64,000 bases of DNA, taken from NCBI GenBank assembly GCA_964650315.1, contig CAZYQE010000004.1, positions 14,816 through 78,815 on the forward strand. Direction: 5' to 3'. The position numbers were made by a program, and so were the translations under genes. Under the pieces are notes generated by a model. That model had not been told where the DNA came from and did no database searches. It saw only the letters and a program-made list of their open reading frames with translations. Positions 40,129 to 50,310 of this stretch are shown piece by piece (the stretch's first letter is position 1; each line of letters opens with the position of its first letter). The DNA comes from an uncultured Muribaculaceae bacterium (GTDB lineage: Bacteria; Bacillota_I; Bacilli_A; RF39; UBA660).

Positions 40129-40843
40129 TTTAATTGGTTATAAAAACAGAAAAATTTATCAAGATGATAAATGTTTTTCTTTTTGTCTTGATAGTGTGTT
40201 GCTTGCTAATTTTATTAATGTTAAGAAAAATAGTAATATTTTAGATATTGGTACAGGTAATGGTGTTATTCCGTTAATTTTATCTTTAAATAGTAATAGT
40301 AAGATTACTGGAGTAGAAATACAATCTAAATTAGCAGATCTTGCTAAAGAATCAGTTAAATATAATAAATTAGAAGGCAAAATAGAAATAATTAATGCAG
40401 ATATTAAAGATTTTTCTATGGATAAAAACAATTATTATGATATAATATGCTGCAATCCACCTTATTTTTTGGAAAAAAGTAGTTCTAAAACTAAAGAATC
40501 TAAGGAAGAAGCAATTGCTAGACATGAAATAAAAATAACTTTAGAAGAAATATTAAAATTATCTAAAAAGATGCTTAAGAATAATGGTAAATTATATTTA
40601 ATTCATAGAGTAGAAAGATTTGTAGAAGTAATAGATTTATATAAAAAGTATAATATAGAACCTAAAAGAGTTAGATTTATTCATAATGATAAAGATTCAG
40701 ATGCAAAACTATTCTTAATAGAAGGAACTAAGAATGGAAAAGTTGGATTAAAAATAGATAAACCTTTAATTATGTTTGAAAAAGGAGTAGAAGCAGAAGA
40801 GTATTCTAAAATAATAGAGGGGAATAAATATGAAGAAAGATAA
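40112..40843 (+). CDS. tRNA1(Val) (adenine37-N6)-methyltransferase-like SAM-dependent MTase (YabB/TrmN6 family)
   Basis: SAM motif DIGTGNGVI and the N6-adenine MTase motif CNPPYF. Confidence 0.7.
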   Translation: MKKLNDLIGYKNRKIYQDDKCFSFCLDSVLLANFINVKKNSNILDIGTGNGVIPLILSLNSNSKITGVEIQSKLADLAKESVKYNKLEGKIEIINADIKDFSMDKNNYYDIICCNPPYFLEKSSSKTKESKEEAIARHEIKITLEEILKLSKKMLKNNGKLYLIHRVERFVEVIDLYKKYNIEPKRVRFIHNDKDSDAKLFLIEGTKNGKVGLKIDKPLIMFEKGVEAEEYSKIIEGNKYEER

Positions 40844-41654
40844 TAGTTTATATTTAATACCTACACCAATAGGTAATTTAGATGATATAACAATAAGGTC
40901 TTTAAATACATTAAAGATGGTAGATGCTATATTATGTGAAGATACTAGAGAAACATCTAAATTATTAAAGAAGTATGAAATATCTAAAAAACTAATTAGT
41001 TGTCATGAATATAACGAAAAACAAATAAAAGACAAAGTAGTTAGTATGTTAAAAGAAGGTAAAAACTTAGGTTTAGTTACAGATCAAGGAACTCCTATTA
41101 TTAGTGATCCTGGATTTGTAATAGTTAAAGAAGTAATAGATAATAACTTAAATGTTATACCTTTACCAGGTGCAACTGCTTTTGTTCCAGCTCTTATCTC
41201 ATCAGGTATTTCTCCATCTCCATTTTTATTCTATGGATTTTTAAATTCTAAAGGTTCTAAACAAAAGAAAGAGTTAGAAAAACTTAGAAGTTATCCAGAT
41301 ACATTAATTTTTTATGAAGGTCCTCATAGAATAGTCAAGACTTTAACTAATATGTTAGATATATTTGGAGATAGAAATATAAGTGTTCATAGAGAAATAT
41401 CTAAGATGTATGAAGAAATAATAAGAGGAAAAATTAGTGATTTAATTAAAAAGTGTGATAATATTAAAGGGGAAATAGTTTTAGTAGTTGAAGGTAATAA
41501 AGAAAAAGTAGATTATAGTAATCTATCAATCATTGAACATGTTAATTTATATGTAGATGATGGTATGGATGTTAAAGAAGCTATTAAATTAGTTTCTAAA
41601 GAAAGAGAGATTGCTAAATCTATTGTTTATAAAGAGTATCATATAGATAAATAG
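40830..41654 (+). CDS. rsmI: 16S rRNA (cytidine1402-2'-O)-methyltransferase RsmI
   Basis: N-terminus LYLIPTPIGNLDDIT and a tetrapyrrole-methylase fold; 274 aa. Confidence 0.85.
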   Translation: MKKDNSLYLIPTPIGNLDDITIRSLNTLKMVDAILCEDTRETSKLLKKYEISKKLISCHEYNEKQIKDKVVSMLKEGKNLGLVTDQGTPIISDPGFVIVKEVIDNNLNVIPLPGATAFVPALISSGISPSPFLFYGFLNSKGSKQKKELEKLRSYPDTLIFYEGPHRIVKTLTNMLDIFGDRNISVHREISKMYEEIIRGKISDLIKKCDNIKGEIVLVVEGNKEKVDYSNLSIIEHVNLYVDDGMDVKEAIKLVSKEREIAKSIVYKEYHIDK

Positions 41655-41664
41655 GAGGGTTCAT

Positions 41665-41940
41665 ATGTCAAAAGAAGCTAATGATTATTTTAAGAAAGAT
41701 ATAGAAGAAACATATGGTATGCCATATGATGAGTTTATAAAGTTAGATTGTGATGAGCAACATCGTTTAATAGAAAAAGCAAGAGGTACAAAATTTAAAA
41801 TAGATGATAGAGCTCGCATGGATTGTGTTCCTATTGCTCCAATTACATTAGAAGAAAAAATGAAAGATATGGAAGAAAAGGTGTTAAGTAAACCTAAAAG
41901 GTTAGTAAAAAAAATAACAAATAAATTTTCTGATAAATAG
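41665..41940 (+). CDS. Hypothetical small protein (91 aa, charged, no recognisable family)
   Basis: Good RBS (GGAGGG). Lies between rsmI and pth in an otherwise compact operon. No family recognisable by inspection. Confidence 0.3.
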   Translation: MSKEANDYFKKDIEETYGMPYDEFIKLDCDEQHRLIEKARGTKFKIDDRARMDCVPIAPITLEEKMKDMEEKVLSKPKRLVKKITNKFSDK

Positions 41941-41949
41941 GAGGTACTT

Positions 41950-42519
41950 ATGAAATTAATAGTAGGTCTTGGTAATCCAGGAAAAAAATATGAAAAAACA
42001 AGACATAATGTTGGTTTTAATATATTAGATAAGTATATAAACTATAAAAATGTAGATACTAAATGGAAAGAAAAGTTTAATGGTTTATATATAGAGTCTA
42101 ATATTAATGTAGAAAAAGTAATTTTCTTAAAGCCTCAATCTTATATGAATTTAAGTGGAGGAGTTGTTAGAAAATTTATTGATTTCTTTAAGATAGATAT
42201 TGATGATATTTTAATAATTTCTGATGATTTAGACTTAAATGTTGGTAATTATAAATTAAAAGATACTGGTACTAGTGGTGGACATAATGGTTTAAAAGAT
42301 ATAGAAAGTAATATTGGTACTAAAGATTATAAAAGATTAAAAATAGGTATTTCTAATAATAAAGATATGGATACTAAAGATTATGTGCTAGGTAAATTAT
42401 CTAAAGAGGATGTTAAAGTAATAGATAATTTATTTGATGAAATAAAGTTAGTGATAGACGATTATTTTAATATGGATTTTCCTTCTCTTATGAATAAATA
42501 CAATCGTAAGAATAGGTGA
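41950..42519 (+). CDS. pth: Peptidyl-tRNA hydrolase
   Basis: N-terminus MKLIVGLGNPG...TRHNVGF matches the Pth family; 189 aa. Confidence 0.9.
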   Translation: MKLIVGLGNPGKKYEKTRHNVGFNILDKYINYKNVDTKWKEKFNGLYIESNINVEKVIFLKPQSYMNLSGGVVRKFIDFFKIDIDDILIISDDLDLNVGNYKLKDTGTSGGHNGLKDIESNIGTKDYKRLKIGISNNKDMDTKDYVLGKLSKEDVKVIDNLFDEIKLVIDDYFNMDFPSLMNKYNRKNR

Positions 42520-45500
42520 TGTTTATGAATATATTTGACAATTTAATTGATATTAAAATAGAAAAGAACATGGGTATAGCTGGTCTTACCGATGAGTTTT
42601 TTGCTGTGTATTTAAATAATTTAAAGAAGAAAAATAAGAATATTTTAGTAGTAGTTAATTCTTTATATGAAGCAAATAAATTATATTCATCAGTAGAAAA
42701 CTATACTGATAAAGTATTACTTTTTCCTATGGATGACTTCTTAACTAGCGAAGCACTTGCTATCTCACCTGATCTAGAAATAACTAGATTAGAAACTTTA
42801 AATAAACTAAATAGTAATGATAAATATATTGTAATTACTAATTTAATGGGATATTTAAGATATTTACCTAAAAAAGAAAATTATAATAAATTTTTAATTA
42901 ATTTAAGTGTTGGAGATGAGATAGATCCTAAAAAATTAGCTAATTTACTTTATAGTAGTGGTTATAAAAAAGACACACTGGTTACTAAAACAGGAGAATA
43001 TGCAGTTAGAGGATTTGTTATAGATGTATTTCCTTTAGAAGGAGATAATCCTGTGAGAATAGAATTCTTTGGTGACGAAATAGAATCTATTAGATATTTT
43101 GATCCTAATAAACAAAGTTCTTTAAAAAAGATAAAAAATATAAAAATAAAGCCGTGTACAGAATTTTTATCCACAAAAACTGTGGAAGAAAATTATTTTG
43201 GTAAACAGAAGTATTTACCTAAATATGAAAAAGTATCTAATATATTAGATTATTTAGGAGACTCATTTGCTATTTTTAAAGATTATGAACAACTAAAGAT
43301 TAGTTATACTAATATCTTAAATGAAGTAATGACTTATCAGGAAAGTAAAGATTTAGATTATTCTGGTAAGTATATGTTTGGTTTTGATGAGATAGGTGTA
43401 GATGATTATATAAATTATATGACTATTAATAATCTATCTAATAAGAATGTAATTAATTATGATATTAAAACAATTAATAGCTTTAATGAGAATGTAGATA
43501 GTATAAATACTTATATTAGAGATTGTATTAGTAATGGAAAAACAGTAATTATATGTTTAAAGAAACATCAAATTAGAAATTTAGTTAAGAATTTAAATAT
43601 GAAAATACACCAGACATCTTTAGATAAAATATATGAAAATGAAGTTAATATAGTAGAAAAAGATATAAATGAAGGTTTTATTTATTTAAATTATGTATTT
43701 TTATCTAGTAAAGAATTATTTAATATTAAAGAAAAACATAAGAAATATAATACTAAATATAAATACGCAGTTAACATTAGCGATATTAATAAGTTAGAAA
43801 TTGGAGATTATGTAGTTCATGATGTACATGGTATTGGTATATATAATGGTATTAAAACTTTAGAAGTAGCTGGTCTTTTAAAAGATTATATTGAGGTTAT
43901 TTATAAAGGAAAAGATAAGTTATATATACCTGTTGAGAAAATTGATTTATTGAGTAAATATTCTGGTAAAGAGGGAGTTAGTCCTAAGATTAATAAACTT
44001 GGTGGCAAAGAATGGGAAAGAACTAAAGCTAGAGTAAAGGCCAGAGTTAATGATATGGCAGATGAATTAATAGAATTATATGCAGAAAGAGAATCTAGAA
44101 GTGGATTTGCTTTTTCTCCTGATGATGAGATGCTATTAGATTTTGAAAAATGTTTCCCATACGAATTAACTAAAGATCAGATTGTTGCAATTAAACAAAT
44201 AAAAGAAGATATGGAAAGACCTGTTCCTATGGATAGATTATTATGTGGAGATGTAGGTTTTGGTAAAACAGAAGTAGCTTTTATTGCAGCATTTAAAGCT
44301 ATTCTAGATTCTAAACAAGTATTATTCTTATGTCCAACTACAATACTTTCAGATCAACATTATAAAAACGCTTTGGAAAGATTTAAAGATTTTCCTGTAT
44401 CAATCGCTATACTTAATAGATTTACTTCACCAAAAGAAGTTAAAAGAATAATAACTGGGCTAAAAGAAGGAACTATTGATTTAGTATTCGGTACTCATAG
44501 GTTATTAAGTGATGATGTTAAACCTAAAGATTTAGGATTGTTAGTAGTGGATGAAGAACAAAGATTTGGAGTTAAGCATAAAGAAATAATAAAACAAATT
44601 AAAACTAATGTAGATGTTTTAACTTTAAGTGCAACACCAATTCCTAGGACATTACAAATGTCATTAGTAGGTATTAGAAGTTTATCTTTAATAGAAACAC
44701 CACCAATTAATAGATATCCTGTCCAAACTTATGTGATTGAAGAAAATAATCAATTAATTAAAGATGCTATATATAAAGAATTATCTAGAAATGGACAAGC
44801 ATTCTTGCTTTATAATAAAGTCCAATCTATGGAAGAAGAGGTTGCTAAACTAAAAAGATTAGTGCCTGATGCTAGGGTAGTTAGTGCTCATGGACAGCTT
44901 AATAAAAATGATTTAGAAAGTAGAATAATGGATTTTATAAATCATAAATATGATGTTTTAGTTTGTAGTACTATTATAGAAACAGGTATAGATATACCTA
45001 ATGTTAATACATTGATTATTAAAGATGCAGATAGATTTGGACTTAGTCAACTATATCAAATAAGAGGCCGTGTTGGTCGTAGTGATAAATTTGCTTATGC
45101 TTATCTAATGTATAATAAAAATAAAGTACTAACTGAAACTGCTATAAAAAGACTAAACGTTATAAAAGAATTTACTGCTTTAGGAAGTGGATTTTCTATC
45201 GCAACTCGTGATTTATCAATTAGAGGTGCTGGTGATATTCTTGGTAGTGAACAAGCAGGATTTATAGATTCAGTTGGAATTGATTTATACTTAAAATTAT
45301 TAAACGATGAGATAGAACGTAAGAAAGGAAATCTTCCTTTAGAAGAAACAGAAGAAGATAGTGAAGATAAACCATTATTAAGTGTTAATACTCATATAGA
45401 AGATGATTATGTTAGTGAAGATGATCTAAAAATTGAGATACATAGAAAGATTAATGATATTAATTCACTTGAGAGCTTAAAGTTAGTAAAAAGTGAATTA

Positions 45501-45821
45501 GAAGACAGATTTGGTAAGTTAAGTGAAGATGTAATTATATATATGTATGAAGAATGGTTTGAAAATTTAGCTAAAAAATTAAAAATTAAGAATGTTAGAC
45601 AGACTAAAAATTCTATTGAATTAGTATTTACTAAAGACGTAGTAGAGAAATTAAAAGTAGATGATGTTTTTATAGAAGCATTTAATATAACTCCTATGTT
45701 TAGATTTATAAGTAGAGGATCTAATTTAGTAATAGTTTTAGATATTATTAAACTAGAAAAACATCCAGTTTACTACTTAGTTAGTCTACTTGATAAAATA
45801 TTAAATAATTTTATGAAATAG
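42516..45821 (+). CDS. mfd: Transcription-repair coupling factor Mfd
   Basis: 1101 aa with a UvrB-homology N-terminus, an RNAP-interaction domain and a superfamily-2 translocase carrying GDVGFGKTEVA and DEEQRFG motifs. Confidence 0.9.
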   Translation: MMFMNIFDNLIDIKIEKNMGIAGLTDEFFAVYLNNLKKKNKNILVVVNSLYEANKLYSSVENYTDKVLLFPMDDFLTSEALAISPDLEITRLETLNKLNSNDKYIVITNLMGYLRYLPKKENYNKFLINLSVGDEIDPKKLANLLYSSGYKKDTLVTKTGEYAVRGFVIDVFPLEGDNPVRIEFFGDEIESIRYFDPNKQSSLKKIKNIKIKPCTEFLSTKTVEENYFGKQKYLPKYEKVSNILDYLGDSFAIFKDYEQLKISYTNILNEVMTYQESKDLDYSGKYMFGFDEIGVDDYINYMTINNLSNKNVINYDIKTINSFNENVDSINTYIRDCISNGKTVIICLKKHQIRNLVKNLNMKIHQTSLDKIYENEVNIVEKDINEGFIYLNYVFLSSKELFNIKEKHKKYNTKYKYAVNISDINKLEIGDYVVHDVHGIGIYNGIKTLEVAGLLKDYIEVIYKGKDKLYIPVEKIDLLSKYSGKEGVSPKINKLGGKEWERTKARVKARVNDMADELIELYAERESRSGFAFSPDDEMLLDFEKCFPYELTKDQIVAIKQIKEDMERPVPMDRLLCGDVGFGKTEVAFIAAFKAILDSKQVLFLCPTTILSDQHYKNALERFKDFPVSIAILNRFTSPKEVKRIITGLKEGTIDLVFGTHRLLSDDVKPKDLGLLVVDEEQRFGVKHKEIIKQIKTNVDVLTLSATPIPRTLQMSLVGIRSLSLIETPPINRYPVQTYVIEENNQLIKDAIYKELSRNGQAFLLYNKVQSMEEEVAKLKRLVPDARVVSAHGQLNKNDLESRIMDFINHKYDVLVCSTIIETGIDIPNVNTLIIKDADRFGLSQLYQIRGRVGRSDKFAYAYLMYNKNKVLTETAIKRLNVIKEFTALGSGFSIATRDLSIRGAGDILGSEQAGFIDSVGIDLYLKLLNDEIERKKGNLPLEETEEDSEDKPLLSVNTHIEDDYVSEDDLKIEIHRKINDINSLESLKLVKSELEDRFGKLSEDVIIYMYEEWFENLAKKLKIKNVRQTKNSIELVFTKDVVEKLKVDDVFIEAFNITPMFRFISRGSNLVIVLDIIKLEKHPVYYLVSLLDKILNNFMK

Positions 45822-45872
45822 TATTGACTTAAAAAATAATCGTTGCTAAACTTACTATGCTAGGAGGTAAGT

Positions 45873-46556
45873 TTGATGACAGAGGCAGTACAAGATTTTC
45901 ACAAACAACATTTAAATAATTATAAGAAAGCAGTAATAGAAACATTAAAAAATAACACAAAAGTATTATTTGATGAAGATATTATGTCATTAATAAAAAA
46001 TCCTCCACTTGATTCTATGGATTTAATAAAAAAGAAATTTTTATCTTTAGCTAAAAAACAAAAAATAGTATTAGATACGGAAAACTTAGAAAAGATACTT
46101 TCTAAATATAGAAAAGAATTGAGTGAAGAAATATCTCCATTAAAAGAAGAAAGAATAGAAATATTTAAATCTAAAGTTAATTCTTTTGAACCTAAAGGCA
46201 ATGGGGATACTATAAAGTTTAATAAAAAAGACTTTTTAGAACTTAATAAAAATCAGAAAAAAGAGTTCAAAGTGTATATAGATAATAATATAGATAAAAA
46301 CATTGTAAAAAATGTAAACAAAGTATTTACACAAAAAACAACCAAAGAAGACAAAGAAAAGTTCAGTATTGATATAGAAAAATATTTAACTAAAAAGTAT
46401 TCAAAACAGTTATTAGAAGATATAGAATTTAAGGTTTTAGTTAAGGATACTACGTTAATAAACGGAGTTAGGGAACAAGGAGAAAGATATATTTATACTA
46501 AAACTAATTCATATTTACTTGATAAGAAAGAAGAAGCAAAAACAAAAGCACGTTAA
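45873..46556 (+). CDS. Hypothetical lysine-rich soluble protein (227 aa)
   Basis: Uninterrupted ORF with RBS AGGAGG between mfd and spoVT. No TM helix and no family recognisable by inspection. Confidence 0.3.
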   Translation: MMTEAVQDFHKQHLNNYKKAVIETLKNNTKVLFDEDIMSLIKNPPLDSMDLIKKKFLSLAKKQKIVLDTENLEKILSKYRKELSEEISPLKEERIEIFKSKVNSFEPKGNGDTIKFNKKDFLELNKNQKKEFKVYIDNNIDKNIVKNVNKVFTQKTTKEDKEKFSIDIEKYLTKKYSKQLLEDIEFKVLVKDTTLINGVREQGERYIYTKTNSYLLDKKEEAKTKAR

Positions 46557-46698
46557 GTGCTTTTTTTATTATATAAATATGGAAATATTTACCAAGGGAA
46601 AAGTTGGAAATATTGATTATAATATAAATAAAGAAAAAACAAGTATATTTTTGCTTAATTTAGATAAAAATATAAGTATGGGAAAGTGAGGAATAATT

Positions 46699-47229
46699 AT
46701 GAAGTCAACTGGTGTTGTAAGAAGAGTAGACGATTTAGGAAGAATTGTTATTCCAAAAGAAATTCGCCGTACTATGAGAATTAGAGATGGAGAATCTTTA
46801 GAAATTTTTGTTGATAGGGAAACAATAGCTTTGAAAAAGTTTTCAAAGATGAATGATATAGAAGAATTATCTAAGCAAATAGTAGATATTATGTATAATG
46901 CTATTAATAAAAGTGTATTTATAACTGATAGAGATAGATTTATTGCCGGAGCAGGATTTTTTAGAAAAAAGTATTTAAATAAGAATATTTCTAAGTATTT
47001 GGAAAATATTATGAATGATAGAAAAAATATTGTTGAGAGAAGCAATCATGATATAGAACTTATTGATTCAGAGATAGAAAGTTTATCTTATATAGTTTCT
47101 CCAATTATAATGAATGGTGATGCTATAGGATTAGTATTAATATTATCTGATAAGAATGATATTGGAACTACAGAAGAAAAGATTGCTAGTATGTTTGCTC
47201 AATTTTTAGGAAAGCATATTGAAGAATAA
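46699..47229 (+). CDS. spoVT: Stage V sporulation protein T (AbrB-type N-domain plus GAF-like C-domain)
   Basis: N-terminus MKSTGVVRRVDDLGRIVIPKEIRRTMRIRDGESLEIF is the AbrB/SpoVT swapped-hairpin domain. Length of 176 aa fits SpoVT rather than AbrB, and its position after mfd matches Bacillus. Confidence 0.8.
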   Translation: MKSTGVVRRVDDLGRIVIPKEIRRTMRIRDGESLEIFVDRETIALKKFSKMNDIEELSKQIVDIMYNAINKSVFITDRDRFIAGAGFFRKKYLNKNISKYLENIMNDRKNIVERSNHDIELIDSEIESLSYIVSPIIMNGDAIGLVLILSDKNDIGTTEEKIASMFAQFLGKHIEE

Positions 47230-47264
47230 AAAAAGTTGTGTTATACTAATGCATATTTGAAATG

Positions 47265-47480
47265 TATTGATGAAGAGGTTTATAACTTAAATTTATTTTA
47301 GAGAGTCCTGTTAGGTGAAAGAGGATATAAATACTTTATAAACTATGGCTTCTGAACTATTATATCGATATGTAGGTATAATCGTAGATAGGCGTTAACT
47401 ATTTAAGTGTATAATATTAATTATTATAAAGTAAGGTGGTACCGCGAGTAATTCGTCCTTATGTTTATAATAATTTTTTT
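47265..47480 (+). ncRNA. T-box riboswitch leader (probable Met specifier) upstream of nudix-metG
   Basis: Conserved T-box sequence AAGGUGGUACCGCG at about 47436-47449. Stem I-like elements are present (GAUGAAGAGG, AGAGAG, GGUGAAAGAGGAUA). A candidate specifier AUG(G) lies at 47345-47347. The ORF-track N-terminal extension MVPRVIRP is the T-box motif being translated. Confidence 0.65.
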
Positions 47481-47492
47481 ATGGAGGTTTTT

Positions 47493-47942
47493 ATGAATAA
47501 TATTGGTGTTGGTATAGGAATATTAATATTTAATAGCAATAAAGAAATATTGTTATTATTAAGAAATAGTGATGCTAAAAAGGCAGATAGTAATATGAGA
47601 TTAGAAGGAACATATACATTACCTAGTGGTAATATAAATTATAATGAATCGTTTGAGGATGCAGCTATTAGAAAAACTAAAGAAGAGTCTAATCTTGATA
47701 TAAAAAAGGAAGATTTGAATTTAGTATCTATTGCTGATGATAAGAACGAATATGCTCATTATGTTACTATAGGTATGATTGCTAATAAATATAGTGGAGA
47801 AGTCATGTTGAAAGATAGCGAAGAGTTTGTATCTTACGATTGGTTTGATATAGATAATTTACCTAGTAATTTATGTGAACCTAGTAGAAAGATTATCAAA
47901 AATTATTTGAATAATAGAATATATAATAAGGAGGAGATATAA
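47493..47942 (+). CDS. NUDIX hydrolase
   Basis: Degenerate Nudix box GNINYNESFEDAAIRKTKEESNL; about 150 aa. RBS GGAGG sits 6 nt upstream of the ATG at 47493. Confidence 0.55.
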   Translation: MNNIGVGIGILIFNSNKEILLLLRNSDAKKADSNMRLEGTYTLPSGNINYNESFEDAAIRKTKEESNLDIKKEDLNLVSIADDKNEYAHYVTIGMIANKYSGEVMLKDSEEFVSYDWFDIDNLPSNLCEPSRKIIKNYLNNRIYNKEEI

Positions 47943-47943
47943 T

Positions 47944-49479
47944 ATGGAAAAGTTTTATATTTCAACAGCAATAGCTTATACTTCTGGTAAACCTCATATA
48001 GGTAATACTTATGAGATTGTTTTAGGTGATGCAATTGCTAGATTTAAAAGATTAAAAGGATATGTTGTTTATTTTCAAACAGGTACAGATGAACATGGAG
48101 AAAAGATTGAATTAAAAGCTAAAGAAAGTGGTAAGAGTCCTAAAGAGTTTGTTGATGAAGTAGCAGGAGAAATCAAAAGAATTTGGGACTTAATGAACAC
48201 AAGTTATGATAGATTTGTTAGGACAACAGATCCTCATCATGAGAAAGTAGTACAACACATATTTAAAAAAATGTATGATAATGGTGATATTTATAAAGGA
48301 GAATATAAAGGACTTTATTGTACTCCTTGTGAATCTTTTTGGACTGAAAGTCAATTAGTCGATGGTAAATGTCCTGATTGTGGTAGAGATGTTGAAGAAA
48401 AGAGTGAAGAAGCTTATTTTTTTAAACTTAGTAAATATCAAAAGAAATTAGAAAAATATATAGAAGATAATCCTGATTTCATAAGACCAGAATCTCGTAA
48501 GAATGAGATGTTAAAGAACTTTATTAAACCAGGATTACAAGATTTATGTGTATCTAGAACATCTTTTAAATGGGGGGTTCCAGTAGATTTTGATTCTGAT
48601 CATGTTGTTTATGTATGGGTAGATGCTTTATCTAACTATATTACTAATATTGGATATGATGTAGATGAACAAACAGATGAATTTAAAAAATATTGGCCTG
48701 CAGATATTCATTTAATAGGTAAAGATATATTAAGATTCCATACTATATATTGGCCTTGTTTCTTATGGTCTTTAGGTTTAGAACAACCAAAAGAAATATT
48801 TGGGCATCCTTGGTTATTAACTAATTCTGATAAGATGAGTAAATCTGTTGGTAATGTTTTATATGCAGATGATTTAGTGGAAGCTTTCGGAGTAGATGCA
48901 GTTAGATATTATTTACTTCATGAGATACCATTTGCTAGTGATGGAAATATTACACATGAATTATTAATAGAAAGAATTAATAGTGATTTAGCTAATGTCT
49001 TAGGTAATTTAGTCCAAAGAACTATATCTATGGCTAATAAATATTTTGAAGGAAATGTTAGTTATAAGAATGTGACAGAAGATATTGATAAAAAATTTAT
49101 AGATAGTATTAATACTTTAGATGAAAAAGTAACCTCTAAAATGAACAAATATAAAGTAAGTGATGCTATTAGTGAAATATTTAATGTATTAAGAGATAGT
49201 AATAAATATATAGATGAAACCACTCCTTGGGTACTTGCTAAAGATGAATCTAAGAAAGATAGATTAGAAACAGTTATTTATAATTTATTAGAATCTATTA
49301 GAGTATGTGGTATTTTATTAGAGTCATTTATGCCAGATACATCTAAAAATATACTTAAGCAATTAAATATAGATACTAAAGATATTAATTATGTAGAAAA
49401 TAATAAATACTCTTTATCTAAACCAGAAATATTATTTGCTAGAATAGATAAAGATAAATTCTTTGAAGAAAATAAGTAG
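47944..49479 (+). CDS. metG: Methionine--tRNA ligase (short form without C-terminal EMAPII-like domain)
   Basis: HIGH motif (KPHIGNTYE), zinc knuckle CxxC...CxxC and the KMSKS motif (KMSKSVGNV); 511 aa. Confidence 0.9.
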   Translation: MEKFYISTAIAYTSGKPHIGNTYEIVLGDAIARFKRLKGYVVYFQTGTDEHGEKIELKAKESGKSPKEFVDEVAGEIKRIWDLMNTSYDRFVRTTDPHHEKVVQHIFKKMYDNGDIYKGEYKGLYCTPCESFWTESQLVDGKCPDCGRDVEEKSEEAYFFKLSKYQKKLEKYIEDNPDFIRPESRKNEMLKNFIKPGLQDLCVSRTSFKWGVPVDFDSDHVVYVWVDALSNYITNIGYDVDEQTDEFKKYWPADIHLIGKDILRFHTIYWPCFLWSLGLEQPKEIFGHPWLLTNSDKMSKSVGNVLYADDLVEAFGVDAVRYYLLHEIPFASDGNITHELLIERINSDLANVLGNLVQRTISMANKYFEGNVSYKNVTEDIDKKFIDSINTLDEKVTSKMNKYKVSDAISEIFNVLRDSNKYIDETTPWVLAKDESKKDRLETVIYNLLESIRVCGILLESFMPDTSKNILKQLNIDTKDINYVENNKYSLSKPEILFARIDKDKFFEENK

Positions 49480-49522
49480 TAAAAATATCATTTATATGGT
49501 ATTTTTATTTTGGAGGGATAAT

Positions 49523-50266
49523 ATGTATATAGATACTCATTGTCATTTAACTAGTGAAGATTATGATGATATAGATTTAGTAATAAAAGAAAATATAGAT
49601 AATAATGTTGCTAAGATAATAGTTTCTGGATGTGATATGGAATCTATTAAAGAAGGGCTTATTTTATCTAATAAGTACCCTAGTGTTTATCTAACTTTAG
49701 GATTTCATCCATCAGAAGTTAACAATTATGATTTAAATTATTTAAAAGAATCATTAAAAAAACCAAAAGTGGTTGGTTTAGGAGAAATAGGATTAGATTA
49801 TCATTATGGAAAAGAAGATATAGATAAACAAAAAGAGTTGTTTAGAAAACAATTAGATATAGCAACAAAACTTAATATTCCAGTTGTTATACATAGTAGA
49901 GATGCAACTAAAGATACCATAAATATATTAAAAGAATATAATTTAAAAGGTGTGATCCATTGTTTTAGCGGTAGTTTAGAAACTGCTAAAGAATATATTA
50001 AAATGGGATATCTACTTGGTATTGGTGGAGTAGTAACCTTCAAAAATAGTAAATTATATAAAGTAGTAGAAGGGGTTTCTTTAGAAAATATAGTTTTAGA
50101 AACTGATAGTCCATATTTAACTCCAGAACCAGATAGAGGTAAAAAGAATAGTTCAAAATATATTCCCATTATTGCGAAAAAAGTAAGTGAAATCAAGAAA
50201 ATTAATGAAGAAAAAGTTATGAAAACAACTACTAAAAACGCTACTAAATTATTTGACTTAAAATAA
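49523..50266 (+). CDS. tatD: TatD family metal-dependent hydrolase
   Basis: MYIDTHCHL N-terminus, with metal-binding residues conserved in GEIGLDYH and VIHSRDA. Synteny is metG-tatD (yabD). Confidence 0.85.
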   Translation: MYIDTHCHLTSEDYDDIDLVIKENIDNNVAKIIVSGCDMESIKEGLILSNKYPSVYLTLGFHPSEVNNYDLNYLKESLKKPKVVGLGEIGLDYHYGKEDIDKQKELFRKQLDIATKLNIPVVIHSRDATKDTINILKEYNLKGVIHCFSGSLETAKEYIKMGYLLGIGGVVTFKNSKLYKVVEGVSLENIVLETDSPYLTPEPDRGKKNSSKYIPIIAKKVSEIKKINEEKVMKTTTKNATKLFDLK

Positions 50267-50310
50267 TTAGTGTGCTAATCTTTAGATAATAATAGTATGG
50301 GGTGTTTTAT

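Noticed and set aside
45873-46556. The 227-aa ORF after mfd read as an AbrB or Fin homologue.
   Set aside because: No AbrB swapped-hairpin N-terminus and no Fin zinc-finger cysteines. The AbrB-like N-domain instead belongs to the next gene (spoVT).
47436-47492. N-terminal 19 codons of the track's nudix ORF (MVPRVIRPYVYNNFF...).
   Set aside because: The sequence is the T-box antiterminator motif GGUGGUACCGCG and downstream leader; the real start is the ATG at 47493 after GGAGG.
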